Shown: positions 14,998 through 25,503 of the stretch, in pieces | Layout of the letters: every line of letters starts with the position of its first letter | How positions within the stretch are numbered: the first letter of the stretch is position 1 | From: an uncultured Planctomycetaceae bacterium | GTDB taxonomy: Bacteria; Planctomycetota; Planctomycetia; Isosphaerales; Isosphaeraceae | Length of the DNA stretch: 64,000 nt | Direction: 5' to 3' | Assembly (NCBI GenBank): GCA_963833985.1 | Contig: CAWIAD010000001.1 | Span: forward strand, 2,304,001 to 2,368,000 | Made by a program: the position numbers and the translations under genes | Notes under the pieces: model-generated | Databases searched by the model: none | What the model saw: only the letters and a program-made list of their open reading frames with translations | What the model was told of the DNA's origin: nothing

Positions 14998-15276
14998 TCA
15001 GGCTCGAGCCGGTCCACTCCGACGGTCGCGTTTCCGTACTGCGAGCAGGGCATCAAGCTGATCCTCGGTCATTCCCCAGAGCCTCCGCCGGGGGCCTCCC
15101 TTGCGCGATGGAGGCGCGTAACCCAGGGTGGTGGTCTCCAGGGAGTGAGTGCGGATCAGCTCGCCCAGAGACTTCAGGGCCATGCCGCCCAGCCGCTCGG
15201 CGATCTCCTCGGGTGTGAAAATGCGGCCGGAAACGCCCGCGGATCCTTCATCGATCGCGTCTTGCAAGAATACCAT
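14998..15276 (-). CDS. Small hypothetical protein, possibly a winged-HTH or excisionase-like DNA binder
   Basis: 92-aa ORF with FTPEEIAERLG..LGELIR.. and a basic KGGPRRRLW segment. Confidence 0.55.
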   Translation of the reverse strand: MVFLQDAIDEGSAGVSGRIFTPEEIAERLGGMALKSLGELIRTHSLETTTLGYAPPSRKGGPRRRLWGMTEDQLDALLAVRKRDRRSGPARA

Positions 15277-15426
15277 CCCTCAACCAGGGGCCTTCCTCCC
15301 AGCCTGCCGGCCCCAGGGCCTCTCCCAACGGCCCGCCGCCCGAATAGCGTGCGCCCGCGCGTTCCGCTGGGTCTCACGACGCAAGCTCACGAGAGAAGAA
15401 AGCGACAAACCGGGCAGCCTGGCCCT

Positions 15427-16449
15427 TCATTTCGCGTAGCTTGCTGCCTTGCTGGGCGCCACGCGGACCGCGTATGGGTCCAGCGGTACGGCCTGGTTCC
15501 TGTCCAGGTACCAGAACGCCACGCTGGTGTAGTCGTCATTGCTGGGAATCTGCCCACGGTCGAAGCGCTGGTTCTGGACCTCGACCCGTAGCGACTCGCG
15601 GAACCGGATGGGGTTCACGACGTACCAGCGGTACATCCTGTTGCGGCCGTCGGCGTTCTCGATGTGGCCGCAAAAGGGCGACGCGAACGTGCCGCTGCCG
15701 AACTCCCAGGCCGAGCCGTACTCATCCTCGGTTCCTGGCGTGTGCGTGAAGGTCTTGCCGTCACGGTGGACGATGGTGTCGCCTTCTCCCCACCAGCCCT
15801 GGTACCTGCTCTGAACTTGCAGGAAGTTCCCCACGTAGTGCCCGGTGCCTCGGGTCTGGAGCAAGACATGCATGCCCCCGGTCGGGTTTGTGCGTTTCCA
15901 GCCAGCGTGCAGGCGGCTGGGTTCGCCGGTGTACCGGGAGTCCGCCTCCCGGTCCACCGCGTAAGCGACGCTCTGGCGGTAGTCGTGGTCGCTGTCATTG
16001 CCCAGCACGAAGCGGGCGGACCGGCTGAATGGCATCGGTAAGTAGCACATGTAGCAGAGGTGATTGATCTGCATCACCGCCGAGTGATAATCGATGGTCC
16101 GGCCGCCGATCGCTCCGAAGAAGTCGGCCAGGGGAACGTGAATGCTCGGCTCGGAAGCGCCGTCCCAGAACACCTTGAGCACCAGCGCGGGGTCGAGCTT
16201 ACCGCCGCTATTATCGGTGAAGTAGAAGTAGGTCACCTTGCCGGCACCCTGGAGATTGGCAATCTCTTCCTCGGCCCCCGCCTTCAGCGTGAACGGCCGA
16301 TACTGGAGCGTCGTCTCGCTGACCCCTCCGGTGATGCGGTGAAGGCCCGCCACGCCTTGCCCGTGCGCTGTACTGCCGTAAGAACCCAGGAATGCCAGCG
16401 TCAGGCAGAGGATACTTGCCGTTGCACGCCCTTTGAGAGCAAGTCGCAT
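15427..16449 (-). CDS. DUF2961 / GH172-like glycoside hydrolase, exported
   Basis: Signal peptide; LKVFWDG..PSIHVPLADFFG, YLPMPF, GHYVG, WWGEGD, GTEDEY and YTSVAFWY motifs. Confidence 0.85.
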   Translation of the reverse strand: MRLALKGRATASILCLTLAFLGSYGSTAHGQGVAGLHRITGGVSETTLQYRPFTLKAGAEEEIANLQGAGKVTYFYFTDNSGGKLDPALVLKVFWDGASEPSIHVPLADFFGAIGGRTIDYHSAVMQINHLCYMCYLPMPFSRSARFVLGNDSDHDYRQSVAYAVDREADSRYTGEPSRLHAGWKRTNPTGGMHVLLQTRGTGHYVGNFLQVQSRYQGWWGEGDTIVHRDGKTFTHTPGTEDEYGSAWEFGSGTFASPFCGHIENADGRNRMYRWYVVNPIRFRESLRVEVQNQRFDRGQIPSNDDYTSVAFWYLDRNQAVPLDPYAVRVAPSKAASYAK

Positions 16450-16786
16450 GGTCTTCCCCCCTTTGGTCACGACCCGTCCGAACGCCCCATGAACAACCAG
16501 GACCGGTACTGGCCGTTCATCGTAACCCTCGATTTCGCGGCCTGACATCCAGCCGTCCCCGCGCACCACGAATGCACCTGAGGAACGACGCAACGGGCTT
16601 CCGTACATCCTCGGAGTCCACGTCCGCTTCGGTGCGTGCCGCGGTGGTGTCGAAATGGTCAGCGGGCGGCCTTGAAGATTCTCTGGGAGGGAAGTTGTTC
16701 CATTCGTCCCCACCGCGGTGGGAGTCGCCGCCACGGTGGCCCGGACCTTTCCGGCCGGTGCGGGTTGTATCAGTCCCTGCCCCCGG

Positions 16787-16900
16787 AAATGGGTTCGTTC
16801 GCGCCGTGCTGCCATCGAAGCCATCGGACGTAACCCCTTTGGAGAATTGCACTTCAACACGGTTTTTCGCGTTTTCGCTTGGGTTCGTTCATCGTTTTTC
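16787..16900 (+). repeat. Three-part intergenic element, copy A
   Basis: ATGGGTTCGTTC, then CGTAACCCCTTT-N6-TTGCACTTCA, then TTGGGTTCGTTC; similar layouts at 34774 and 36601. Confidence 0.5.
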
Positions 16901-17382
16901 TGCATGCCGATCTCTCGCCAGACCCTGTCAAGCCGGCCTGAAAGAAGGCCGACCGTCGACCGCCGCGCGCCGCCGGACTTCCCCCCTGGCGGCGCACCGG
17001 TCCGTACAAACAACCGAAATGCCAAGGAGCCGGCGCGGTACGCCGTCACTATTGAGTCTACGGTGCAATCGCCGGGGATCTTGCGAACCAGCACGCGGTT
17101 TCTCTCCCTGTGCCGGCACGGTCGGGTCCTTTCAGCTCAGGTGACGCATGCGTCGGCTCGAATCGCTTGCGGCAGGGGGGTTGGATTGCAAGGCGTTCAC
17201 GATGGGAATCATGGCCCCCGAACGAAGGTCCGCGCTTGCTGAGTTCAGGGCTGACGTCACGTTCATCACCCCGCAGCCTTCCAGGGCCGTCACGGACTTC
17301 GCGCGGATCGCCGCCAACCTGAACCAGCGCCGGCCCGAAATCCCCCTGCTGCTGCCGGAAAGCCGCGGAACGCCCGACACCT

Positions 17383-17631
17383 GTAGGGTGTGCCCAGCGC
17401 AGCGACCACGCACCGATTCGCGGCCCCGGGATCCTCACTGGTCGGGCTCACGCCCGAGGTTGGGGGCTGCGCCCGTGAAAACCACGCGCTCACGCACGTG
17501 GCCATCCGGCCCGGACTCCGTGGCGCTGGCGCACGTGGCCTTCTGCCGCAGAGTCCGTGGCGCTCGCGCACGGTGGCGTTCGTCGCGGGTTCCAGATGTG
17601 TCGGGTGTGTCCAGCGCAGCGACGACGCACC
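17383..17631 (+). repeat. Two GTAG-family REP-like hairpins
   Basis: GTAGGGTGTGCCCAGCGCAGCGACCACGCACC (17383-17414) and GTCGGGTGTGTCCAGCGCAGCGACGACGCACC (17600-17631). Confidence 0.7.
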
Positions 17632-18128
17632 GATCCGAATGACGGCGCCGGGGATGGACTACCAAGCTCTACTGGCTCGGCGATGATCAGAAAAAGAGCA
17701 CCGTGCCACAGGATTCACTTGACCGACGCCGGCGCCGGATTTACCTTCATCGATTGTCCCGATGACGCATCTCCTGATCTGGTCTCTGCGACTCATCCGC
17801 TCGCGGCTCTGCCTTCAATGATCACGATGACCGACAACGCCGGCAACGAGCCGACCTCCGGTGGCGGCCACACGTTCACGGGTCACTACGAGGGCAACAC
17901 GATCGGCGAGCTCCAACTCTCGACGGCCGACGTGCGGACGCTCGGTTCCGACGACCGTAACCGCAACCGCAGGGCAGTGAGTTACCCCCTGGACATTGCA
18001 GGCAGAGAAATACCTATGACCGCTGGCTCGTTGGCCGTCCGGTGCCGCTGGTTCCTTTTGGCCGAGTCGCTCGAGGAGATAATCGAACGGGTGCAAAGAC
18101 ACCTCCGACTCCTGTTCACCCAGGATGC

Positions 18129-18959
18129 TCAAGGACGGCTCGACCGAGAGCGGCCCAAACGATACGTCTCGGCGAAGTCAGCACTAGCCTTGGTGTACTC
18201 CCCCTTGGCCCGCCAGGCAACTCCACGCCCGGAGTATGCGTAAGCGGACTTGGGATCGAGTTTGATCGTCTCGCTAAAGTCGGCAATCGCCTTGTCGTAT
18301 TCCTTCTTCCGGCTCCAGGTGAGGCCGCGGTTGTAGTAGGTGGCTGCGTTACGGGGGGCGAGTCTGATAGCCTCATCAAAATCGGCGATCGCCTTTTCGT
18401 AGTCCTTCTTGTTCGACCAGAAAATGCCGCGATTGTCGTAGGCAGAGGCGTTCTTAAGATCGAGTCTGATGGCTTGGTTGAAGTCGGTGATTGCCCTCTC
18501 CTCGTTCTTTTTGTCATCCCAGGCCATGCCGCGACCATTGTATGCGTAGGAGGACTCTGGATCGAGTATGATAGCCTCGTCAAAGTCGGCGATCGCCTTA
18601 TCGTATTCTTTCTTGACACGCCAGGCGTTGCCTCGGCGACTGTATGCTCCGTAGTACTCAGGATCGAGCCAGATTGCCACGTTGTAGTCCTCGATTGCCC
18701 TGTCGTACTCCGTCTTGTTAAACCATGAGTTGCCTCGGCCCATGTACGCTTTGGCTAAATCAGGGACGAGCCTGATGGCCTCTGAGAAATAGCCGATGGC
18801 CTCGTCATACTGATGCTGTTCATGTCTCTCGACACCCCGTCTGTAGTAGGAGAGAGCATCCCCGCCCTCAGACTGTCCGGGGGCCTTTGACGGGGAAGCA
18901 AGCATAATCGTGGCGACCAACAGCCAAAGCAACATGAACCGCAAGTGGGATTGTTGCAT
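18129..18959 (-). CDS. Tetratricopeptide repeat protein with signal peptide
   Basis: About seven 34-aa repeats of AY..RG..W..K.EYDKAIADF.EAI.LDP; visibly lower GC than the flanks. Confidence 0.93.
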   Translation of the reverse strand: MQQSHLRFMLLWLLVATIMLASPSKAPGQSEGGDALSYYRRGVERHEQHQYDEAIGYFSEAIRLVPDLAKAYMGRGNSWFNKTEYDRAIEDYNVAIWLDPEYYGAYSRRGNAWRVKKEYDKAIADFDEAIILDPESSYAYNGRGMAWDDKKNEERAITDFNQAIRLDLKNASAYDNRGIFWSNKKDYEKAIADFDEAIRLAPRNAATYYNRGLTWSRKKEYDKAIADFSETIKLDPKSAYAYSGRGVAWRAKGEYTKASADFAETYRLGRSRSSRP

Positions 18960-19648
18960 GGGGGTGCCTCCTCCGATGTCGCAAGTGGTGATTCTGATAT
19001 CGATAATAACCCATGCGAGGTAGTCACGCTATACGTGGCTACCATGTTCGCCAGAAAAAGATCATGTAGCCCGACACGCACTTCCACCGCATGTGGAAAT
19101 GCAATACCGAGGAGATGAGTCACTATGAATGAGCCGCCTTCAAGCCCCGTAGAGCGGTTGCTCAAGAGCTGCAAGGGGAACGTCGCTATTCCCCGAAGCA
19201 AATGGGTCGAGTGGATGGAATTGCCTTTACCCCGGCCTTACCGGGCATCCGCCGTGAGTAGCGATGTCCACCGGTTTGCGCGATGTCCACTGGTTTGCGA
19301 GTTTGGGGAGCCCGGAATTGCGGTTGACAGGCGGGCCGGTCTGGCCGATACTCTGCCCCCGAAAGGCCGGGGCAGGCCAGAGGATTGAACCGCTCGTCAC
19401 CGCGACCGCGTTCTGCCCGGACACGATGACGGCCATTTCCTCCGCGCTGGCTCTTCAGGAAGGTCTGCCGTTCGACTCAATGCATCGCTCAGCAACGTGA
19501 AGCTGTGCCCGCAAGGACGGGGGCCTGGGCGTGCTCTCCCGCCCGTCACCTCGCAGGCACCAGGGACTGGTTCTTCTCGATCTGAATTACCTCCGTCCGC
19601 GACGCTCCAGGCGCGTCTCGTGTCGAACCACCAAGGATGGGTCCTGCC

Positions 19649-20578
19649 ATGCGAATCCTCGTCACCGGCGGAGCCGGCTACGTTGGCTCCACGCTCGTCC
19701 CCATGCTCCTGGAACAGGGGCATCGCGTCCGGGTTCTCGATATCCTGAAGTTCGGCGGCAGCGGTCTCTTGCCGTGCTGCCAGAACCGCTTCTTCGAGCT
19801 GCACCGAGGCGACGTCTGCGACCCGGCGGCCGCGAAGAAGGCCGTGGATGGCGTCGACGCGATCATTCACCTGGCGGCGATCGTGGGTTACCCGGCCTGC
19901 AAGAAGGAACCCCAGCTCGCCCAGGCCGTGAATGTGGACGGCACCCGCAACCTGCTGGCACACCGCCAGCCGGACGCCCGCTTCCTCTACGCCTCCACCG
20001 GCAGCATCTATGGATCCATTCCCGACTACATCTGCAACGAAGACACGCCGCGCACTCCCATTACCCTCTACGGTGAGACCAAGGGGGCGGCCGAGGAGAT
20101 GGTGCTGAGCGCAGGTAACAGCGTGGCCTACCGCTTCGCCACGGCCTTCGGCGTGAGCAACCGCATGCGGCTCGACCTCATGCCCAATGACTTCACCTAC
20201 CAGGCCGTCAAGAACCGCAACCTGATCGTCTACGAGGGGGGCTTCAAGCGGACCTTCGTGCACGTCCGCGATATGGCCCGCTCGTTCATCTTCGCGCTGG
20301 AGCGGTGGAGCGAGGTCAGGGACGATGTCTACAACGTCGGCCACGAGACCATGAACTTCACCAAGGAGGACGTGGCCCGCAAGATCCTCGAGCACGTCAA
20401 CTTCTACCTCCACTTCGCCGAGGTCGGCAACGACGCAGACCAGCGCAACTACGAGGTCTCCTACGAGAAGATCCGCAAGAGGGGCTTCGAGACCACCATT
20501 GATCTCGACCGCGGCATTTCCGAGCTGGTCCGCGCCGCACAGCTCATCGACTTCCAGAACCCATTTGCCAATGTGTGA
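19649..20578 (+). CDS. NAD-dependent nucleotide-sugar epimerase/dehydratase
   Basis: ILVTGGAGYVGS, HLAAIVG, YGETK (YxxxK) and RTFVHVRD. Confidence 0.92.
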   Translation: MRILVTGGAGYVGSTLVPMLLEQGHRVRVLDILKFGGSGLLPCCQNRFFELHRGDVCDPAAAKKAVDGVDAIIHLAAIVGYPACKKEPQLAQAVNVDGTRNLLAHRQPDARFLYASTGSIYGSIPDYICNEDTPRTPITLYGETKGAAEEMVLSAGNSVAYRFATAFGVSNRMRLDLMPNDFTYQAVKNRNLIVYEGGFKRTFVHVRDMARSFIFALERWSEVRDDVYNVGHETMNFTKEDVARKILEHVNFYLHFAEVGNDADQRNYEVSYEKIRKRGFETTIDLDRGISELVRAAQLIDFQNPFANV

Positions 20579-20587
20579 GCTTGGAAA

Positions 20588-20797
20588 GTGGGCAGTGGGC
20601 AATTTGTAGGGTGGGTCGAGCCGCAGGCGAGGCCCACCAGGGCGGCAGGCGGCAGTGGGCAGTAGGCTGTAGGCAATTTGTAGGGTGGGTCGAGCCGCAG
20701 GCGAGGCCCACCAGGGCGGCAGTAGGCAGTAGACAATTTGTAGGGTGGGTCGAGCCGCAGGCGAGGCCCACCAGGGCGGCAGTGGGCAGTGGGCAGT
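20588..20797 (+). repeat. Three tandem GTAG REP hairpins separated by GGCAGTR heptamer repeats
   Basis: An identical 49-bp unit CAATTTGTAGGGTGGGTCGAGCCGCAGGCGAGGCCCACCAGGGCGGCAG with GTAG at 20606, 20680 and 20740. Confidence 0.9.
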
Positions 20798-20874
20798 CCA
20801 GTTTCAGGCCCCAGCCAAATAACGTCCACGGCCTACAGGGCACTGCCGGCTGCCGACTCCAATGGAGATCCAAC

Positions 20875-21838
20875 ATGAAAAGCTTCTGGACGAACAAGCG
20901 CGTGACGGTCACCGGCGGCGCCGGGTTTCTCGGGCAGCACCTGGTTAAACGGCTGGAGAGCTATGGTGCGAAGGTCTTCGTGCCGCGCCAGCGCGACTAC
21001 AGCCTGGTGGCGCTGGATTCCTGCCTGCGCTGCTTGCTCGAGCATCCCGCGGACATCGTCTTCCACACGGCGGCCTATTACGGCGGCATCGGCATCAACC
21101 AGACGGAGCCGGCCCGGCTCTATTACTCGAACCTGGTGATGGGCGCGAACGTCATGGAGGCGGCCCGGCTGGCGAAGGTCGGCAAGGTCGTCAACATTGG
21201 CACCGCGTGCAGCTACCCGGGCTATCTCGAGGGCGACCTGAAGGAGGAAGACCTCTGGAATGGTCCCTGCCACGCCAGCGTGGTGAACTACGGCCTGACC
21301 AAGAAGATGCTCGCGGTGCAGGCCCAGGCTTACAAGAAGCAGTACGGGCTGGATGCCATTCATCTCATCTTGACGAACCTCTACGGACCGGGCGACTCGT
21401 ACAATCCCGACCGCTCGCACGTCGTCGCCGCGCTGGTGCGGAAGTGGGTGGAGGCCGAAATGGCCGCGGCGCCCAGCATCGAGGTCTGGGGCACCGGCAA
21501 GCCCATCCGCGAGTTCATCTACGTGGAAGACTGTGCCGACGCGATCGTGCTGGCGGCGGAGAAATACAATGATGTTTCGATGCCGCTGAATATCGGCACG
21601 GGTATTGGCACCTCCATCCGCGAGCTGGTGGAAACGATCAACGAGGTGACCGCGTTCCAGGGGAAGATTGCCTGGAACGCCGACAAGCCCGATGGAGGCG
21701 CTCAAGAAGGTGCTCGACGTGACCCGTATGAAGCGGGCCCTGGACGGCTGGTCGCCGCCCACGACGCTGCACGACGGGCTGGCCCGGACGATTGCCTGGT
21801 ACCGGGCCAACAAGGCCCAGGCGGACGCGAAATGGTGA
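20875..21838 (+). CDS. fcl: GDP-L-fucose synthase-like epimerase/reductase; frameshift near 21700
   Basis: VTGGAGFLG, GGIGIN, GTACSYP, YGLTKK, NLYGPGD, SHVVAAL, WGTGKPIREFIYVED; the true C-terminus (KKVLDVTRM..TIAWY..W*) is in another frame. Confidence 0.85.
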
Positions 21839-23283
21839 ATCGCCACTTCAAGTTCCGCGGGCCCCGTCCGGCTCGGCCCCATTTCGATCTGTTTTCGGAT
21901 GCATCGCCGCAGGCAGCGCTGCCGAGGCACGACGAAGCCGTCGAGCCTAGCTCAACCGACGCGCCCAAAGCAGCCGGGCAGGCCGCTGCCGCAGGCGGGC
22001 GGCTGCTATTCATTAACCAGTACTACTGGCCCGATCATGCGTCCACGGCCCAGCACCTGGCCGACCTGACGGAGTGGCTGACGACCCGCGGCTTCGAGTG
22101 CCACGTGCTTTGCGCCCAGGGCCGCTATGGCGCAGACGCTGCATCACGGCCGGACTTCGAGGTGCACCAGGGCGTCCACATCCATCGCGTGCCGGCCACG
22201 TCGCTGGGTCGGAAAAGCACGTTTGCGCGGATGACGGATTACCTCAGCTTCTACGCCCGCGCCGTGGTCAAGGCCGCGCGGCTGCCGCGGTTCGACGCGG
22301 TCGTCACGCTCACAACGCCGCCGATCATCGGCCTCATCGGCACCCTGCTGCGCAGGCTGAAGGCATCGCCGCACATCTACTGGAGCATGGATCTGCATCC
22401 CGACGCCAGTCTGGCGCTGCGGCGGATGTCGCCCAGGAATCCCGTCGTCCGCGGCCTGGTCTGGCTGAGCAACCTGGTCTACCGCCAGGCCGATCGCGTG
22501 GTTGTGCTCGGTCCGTACATGAGCGATCGCGTACGGATCAAAGGCGTGCGGCCGGACCGGCTGGTGTCTGTCCCGGTCTGGAGCCGGCGCGACCACGTGT
22601 ATCCGGTGGACCGCGATGGCAACCCGCTTCGTACCGAGCTTGGCCTGCACGGCAAGTTCGTGGCCATGTACTCGGGCAACCTCGGCCTGGCCCACTCCTT
22701 CGAAGAATTCCTGGAAGCCGCCCGGCAGTTGCGGCAGCGCAATGATCTCGTCTTTCTCTTCGTCGGTGCCGGCCCTCGTGCCGAAGAGGTGCGCAGGGCA
22801 CGTGATCACGAAGGCCTGGAAAACATCCGATTGCTTGATTACGTGCCGCGCGAGCAGCTTCATCACTCGCTCTCGGTCGCTGACGTGCACCTGATCTCGA
22901 TGCGTCCGGAGATGGCGGGCATCGTGGTGCCGGGGAAGCTTTACGGCATCATGGCGGCAGGCCGTCCCGCGCTCTTCGTCGGGCCGGCTCACTGCGAATC
23001 AGCCGACACGATCCGCCGCGCCGGCTGCGGGTTCACGATCGCGCCGGGCGACAGCGCAGGCGTGATCTCGGCCCTGAAAACCCTGTCCGCCGACCTTAAC
23101 CTGGCGCGCCAGATGGGCCAGAAGGGACGCATCCATTTCCTGGCCACCCACGAGCGGAACCTCTGCTGCTACCAGTGGCTGGAGATCCTTCGCAACACCA
23201 TCGCGCGGCCGGGACTTCGTCCGGCTCCCGCGCTGCGAGGCGCCATGGCTCCCGCCGGCGTGCTGCACGGGGTCTCACGCTGA
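21832..23283 (+). CDS. GT4 glycosyltransferase (WcaI/WbuB-like)
   Basis: LFINQYYWPD, DLHPD, YSGNLGLAH, VPGKLYGIMAAGRP. Confidence 0.9.
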   Translation: MVNRHFKFRGPRPARPHFDLFSDASPQAALPRHDEAVEPSSTDAPKAAGQAAAAGGRLLFINQYYWPDHASTAQHLADLTEWLTTRGFECHVLCAQGRYGADAASRPDFEVHQGVHIHRVPATSLGRKSTFARMTDYLSFYARAVVKAARLPRFDAVVTLTTPPIIGLIGTLLRRLKASPHIYWSMDLHPDASLALRRMSPRNPVVRGLVWLSNLVYRQADRVVVLGPYMSDRVRIKGVRPDRLVSVPVWSRRDHVYPVDRDGNPLRTELGLHGKFVAMYSGNLGLAHSFEEFLEAARQLRQRNDLVFLFVGAGPRAEEVRRARDHEGLENIRLLDYVPREQLHHSLSVADVHLISMRPEMAGIVVPGKLYGIMAAGRPALFVGPAHCESADTIRRAGCGFTIAPGDSAGVISALKTLSADLNLARQMGQKGRIHFLATHERNLCCYQWLEILRNTIARPGLRPAPALRGAMAPAGVLHGVSR

Positions 23284-23352
23284 AGCCACGCCTGGCCCAT
23301 GGCGGCTGTGTTCACGAACTGCAAGGCAAGCCTCTTTCGGGAGTCCCACCGT

Positions 23353-24339
23353 ATGAGCTGGAAGTCGCTCGGCGTCGCCTCGGTGCTGGTGCTTGTCGCG
23401 CTTGCAGGCCGGAGCGCGGCCCAGCCGGCCGCGTCGACCGCGAGTGCCTCCGAGATCCTCAGTCAGCATGATCGCGCCCTGATCCGAGACCTGTCGGCGT
23501 ACCTCAAGCAGAACCCACGCGCCGACGACCGCGACCAGGCCTATGCCGCACTGTTCAACAAGGTGATCGAGCACGACTGGTTCGGCGACAACGAGGAAGC
23601 GGCACTGCGCTACATGAAGAACGACCCGGAGGGCCCGGTGAAGGCCCTGGCGCAAATCGTGGCGACGATGGCCCGCGCCCAGGCCGGCCGCTACGATCAG
23701 GCCATGCCGCGATACAACGAGCTGATGAGTGGGCTGAACAAGCCCGACCAGGAAGCCTTCGCCGCCAGCTTTGCCGAGACCTTTGCCTCGTCGGCCGTGA
23801 CCGCCGGCGAGTTCGCGGCCGCCCGGCAGGCTTATCAGACACTCCAGGAACGCTTCCCCGACAGTGCCGCGCTGCGTGACAAGGTGGCACACGAGCTCGG
23901 CCGACTGGACCGCGTCGGCAAGCCGGCCCCGGACTTCGAGGCCATGGATCTGAACGGCAAGACCGTCGGGCTCAGCGCGCTGAAGGGCAAGTACGTTCTC
24001 ATCGATTTCTGGGCGACCTGGTGCTCTCCTTGCGTCGGCGAGCTGCCGCGCCTGCAAGAGGCCTACCGCAAGTACCACCAGAACGGCTTCGACATCGTCA
24101 GTGTGAGCCTTGATGAAACCCGCTCCGCGGTGACCGACTTCGTCAAGAGCCGCAAGCTCCCCTGGATCCAGCTCCACAACGGAAGCGCCGGCGCAGACCT
24201 GGTCGACGCCTTCGGCGTGAGCTCCATCCCCGCGGCCTACCTGCTCAACCCGGACGGTAAGGTCATCCGCCTGGACCTGCGAGGCAACAACCTCGAAACC
24301 ACGCTGGCACAGCTCATCCCACCACGAAACACGAGATAA
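23353..24339 (+). CDS. TlpA-family redoxin with signal peptide and helical N-terminal region
   Basis: GKPAPDF..KGKYVLIDFWATWCSPC..ELP. Confidence 0.92.
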   Translation: MSWKSLGVASVLVLVALAGRSAAQPAASTASASEILSQHDRALIRDLSAYLKQNPRADDRDQAYAALFNKVIEHDWFGDNEEAALRYMKNDPEGPVKALAQIVATMARAQAGRYDQAMPRYNELMSGLNKPDQEAFAASFAETFASSAVTAGEFAAARQAYQTLQERFPDSAALRDKVAHELGRLDRVGKPAPDFEAMDLNGKTVGLSALKGKYVLIDFWATWCSPCVGELPRLQEAYRKYHQNGFDIVSVSLDETRSAVTDFVKSRKLPWIQLHNGSAGADLVDAFGVSSIPAAYLLNPDGKVIRLDLRGNNLETTLAQLIPPRNTR

Positions 24340-24387
24340 CGAGAACACGAAGCGGGGAACGAAGAAGATATGAACAGGGGGAGGAGG

Positions 24388-24638
24388 AACCACGAAATAC
24401 ACGAAAGGAATTCAAGCAGACAGATCAGGAATTTATGTAGGGGATGGTCATGTCAGACAGTCGACAAGGGGCATATCGATTGCTCTAATTATTCTAGAAT
24501 CAGTTCATTTGTTTCCGCATCCGTCTTCTAGGTCAGAAACCAGGAGACTTATCAATCTATAGATTTATCGTTTCCAATCCGAATCTATAATCTTTGCATT
24601 TATTTCGTGTATTTCGTGTATTTCGTATATTTCGTGGT
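24388..24638. repeat. Inverted 9-mer repeats (CACGAAATA / TATTTCGTG) around an AT-rich spacer
   Basis: AACCACGAAATACACGAAA near 24388 and TTTCGTGTATTTCGTGTATTTCGTATATTTCGTGGT near 24603-24638. Confidence 0.75.
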
Positions 24639-24694
24639 CCTCTGCTTCTGTATTCATCCATCCCTTTCGTGGTTCGGTTCGGGAGGGTGCGCTC

Positions 24695-25468
24695 ATGGGA
24701 GGCCGACTGGAAGGCAAGGTGGCGCTGATCACCGGCGCTGCGGGCGGTATCGGGCTGGCCTCCGCGGAACGTTTCGCCCGCGAGGGAGCGGCCGTGGTCA
24801 TGACGGACGCCCAGGGCGGTCTACTCGAGGAGGAGGCCCGGCGGATTGCCGCGACGGGCGCTCGCGTCAGCGCCTGGCAGCTGGACGTGACGCGCTCGGA
24901 CGAGGTCCGTCAGGCTGTGGCCCATGTTCGCGATCAGTTCGGCCGGCTGGACATCCTTTTCGCCAACGCTGGAGTCGGCTACGTTGGTGCGATCACGGAA
25001 GCCTCCGACGAGGACTGGGATCGGGTAATGGGCGTGAACGCCCGGGGCGTCTTCCTCTGCTGCCGCGAGGCGATCCGGCAGATGCTGGCTCAGGATCCGG
25101 CGGGCGGTTCGATCGTGATCACCGGCTCGATCTCCAGCCTCACCGGCATTCCCGGCCAGGCGCCCTATGCCCCGAGCAAGGGCGCTGCATTGCAACTGGC
25201 ACGTCAGCTCGCCGTCGAGTACGCGACGCGGAAGGTCCGCGTGAACTGCGTCTGCCCGGGGACCATCGACACGCCCATGCTTCGCAAGGCCATGGCCAGC
25301 TCGGCGGACCCGGCCGCGTTCTTGAAGATGCTGCAAGACGGCCACCCCATGGGACGGATCGGCACGCCGGAGGAAGTCGCCGCGGCCGTGCTGTTCCTGG
25401 CTTCCGACGAGGCGAGTTTCGTGACCGGGGCGGTGCTGTCCGTGGACGGCGGCTACACGGCGCGGTAG
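24695..25468 (+). CDS. Short-chain dehydrogenase/reductase
   Basis: TGAAGGIG, NAG, YAPSK, VNCVCPG, VDGG. Confidence 0.95.
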   Translation: MGGRLEGKVALITGAAGGIGLASAERFAREGAAVVMTDAQGGLLEEEARRIAATGARVSAWQLDVTRSDEVRQAVAHVRDQFGRLDILFANAGVGYVGAITEASDEDWDRVMGVNARGVFLCCREAIRQMLAQDPAGGSIVITGSISSLTGIPGQAPYAPSKGAALQLARQLAVEYATRKVRVNCVCPGTIDTPMLRKAMASSADPAAFLKMLQDGHPMGRIGTPEEVAAAVLFLASDEASFVTGAVLSVDGGYTAR

Positions 25469-25503
25469 CGGCTGGCACCTGGGCCGAACCTCACCCTGCA
25501 TCC

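Noticed and set aside
20600..20797. CRISPR array
   Set aside because: The linkers are heptamer repeats rather than unique spacers, the unit is a GTAG REP hairpin, and there are no cas genes.
20575..23283. 902-aa fucose synthase-glycosyltransferase fusion
   Set aside because: It results from a one-base indel near 21700. The proper Fcl C-terminus and stop (21836-21838) are in another frame.
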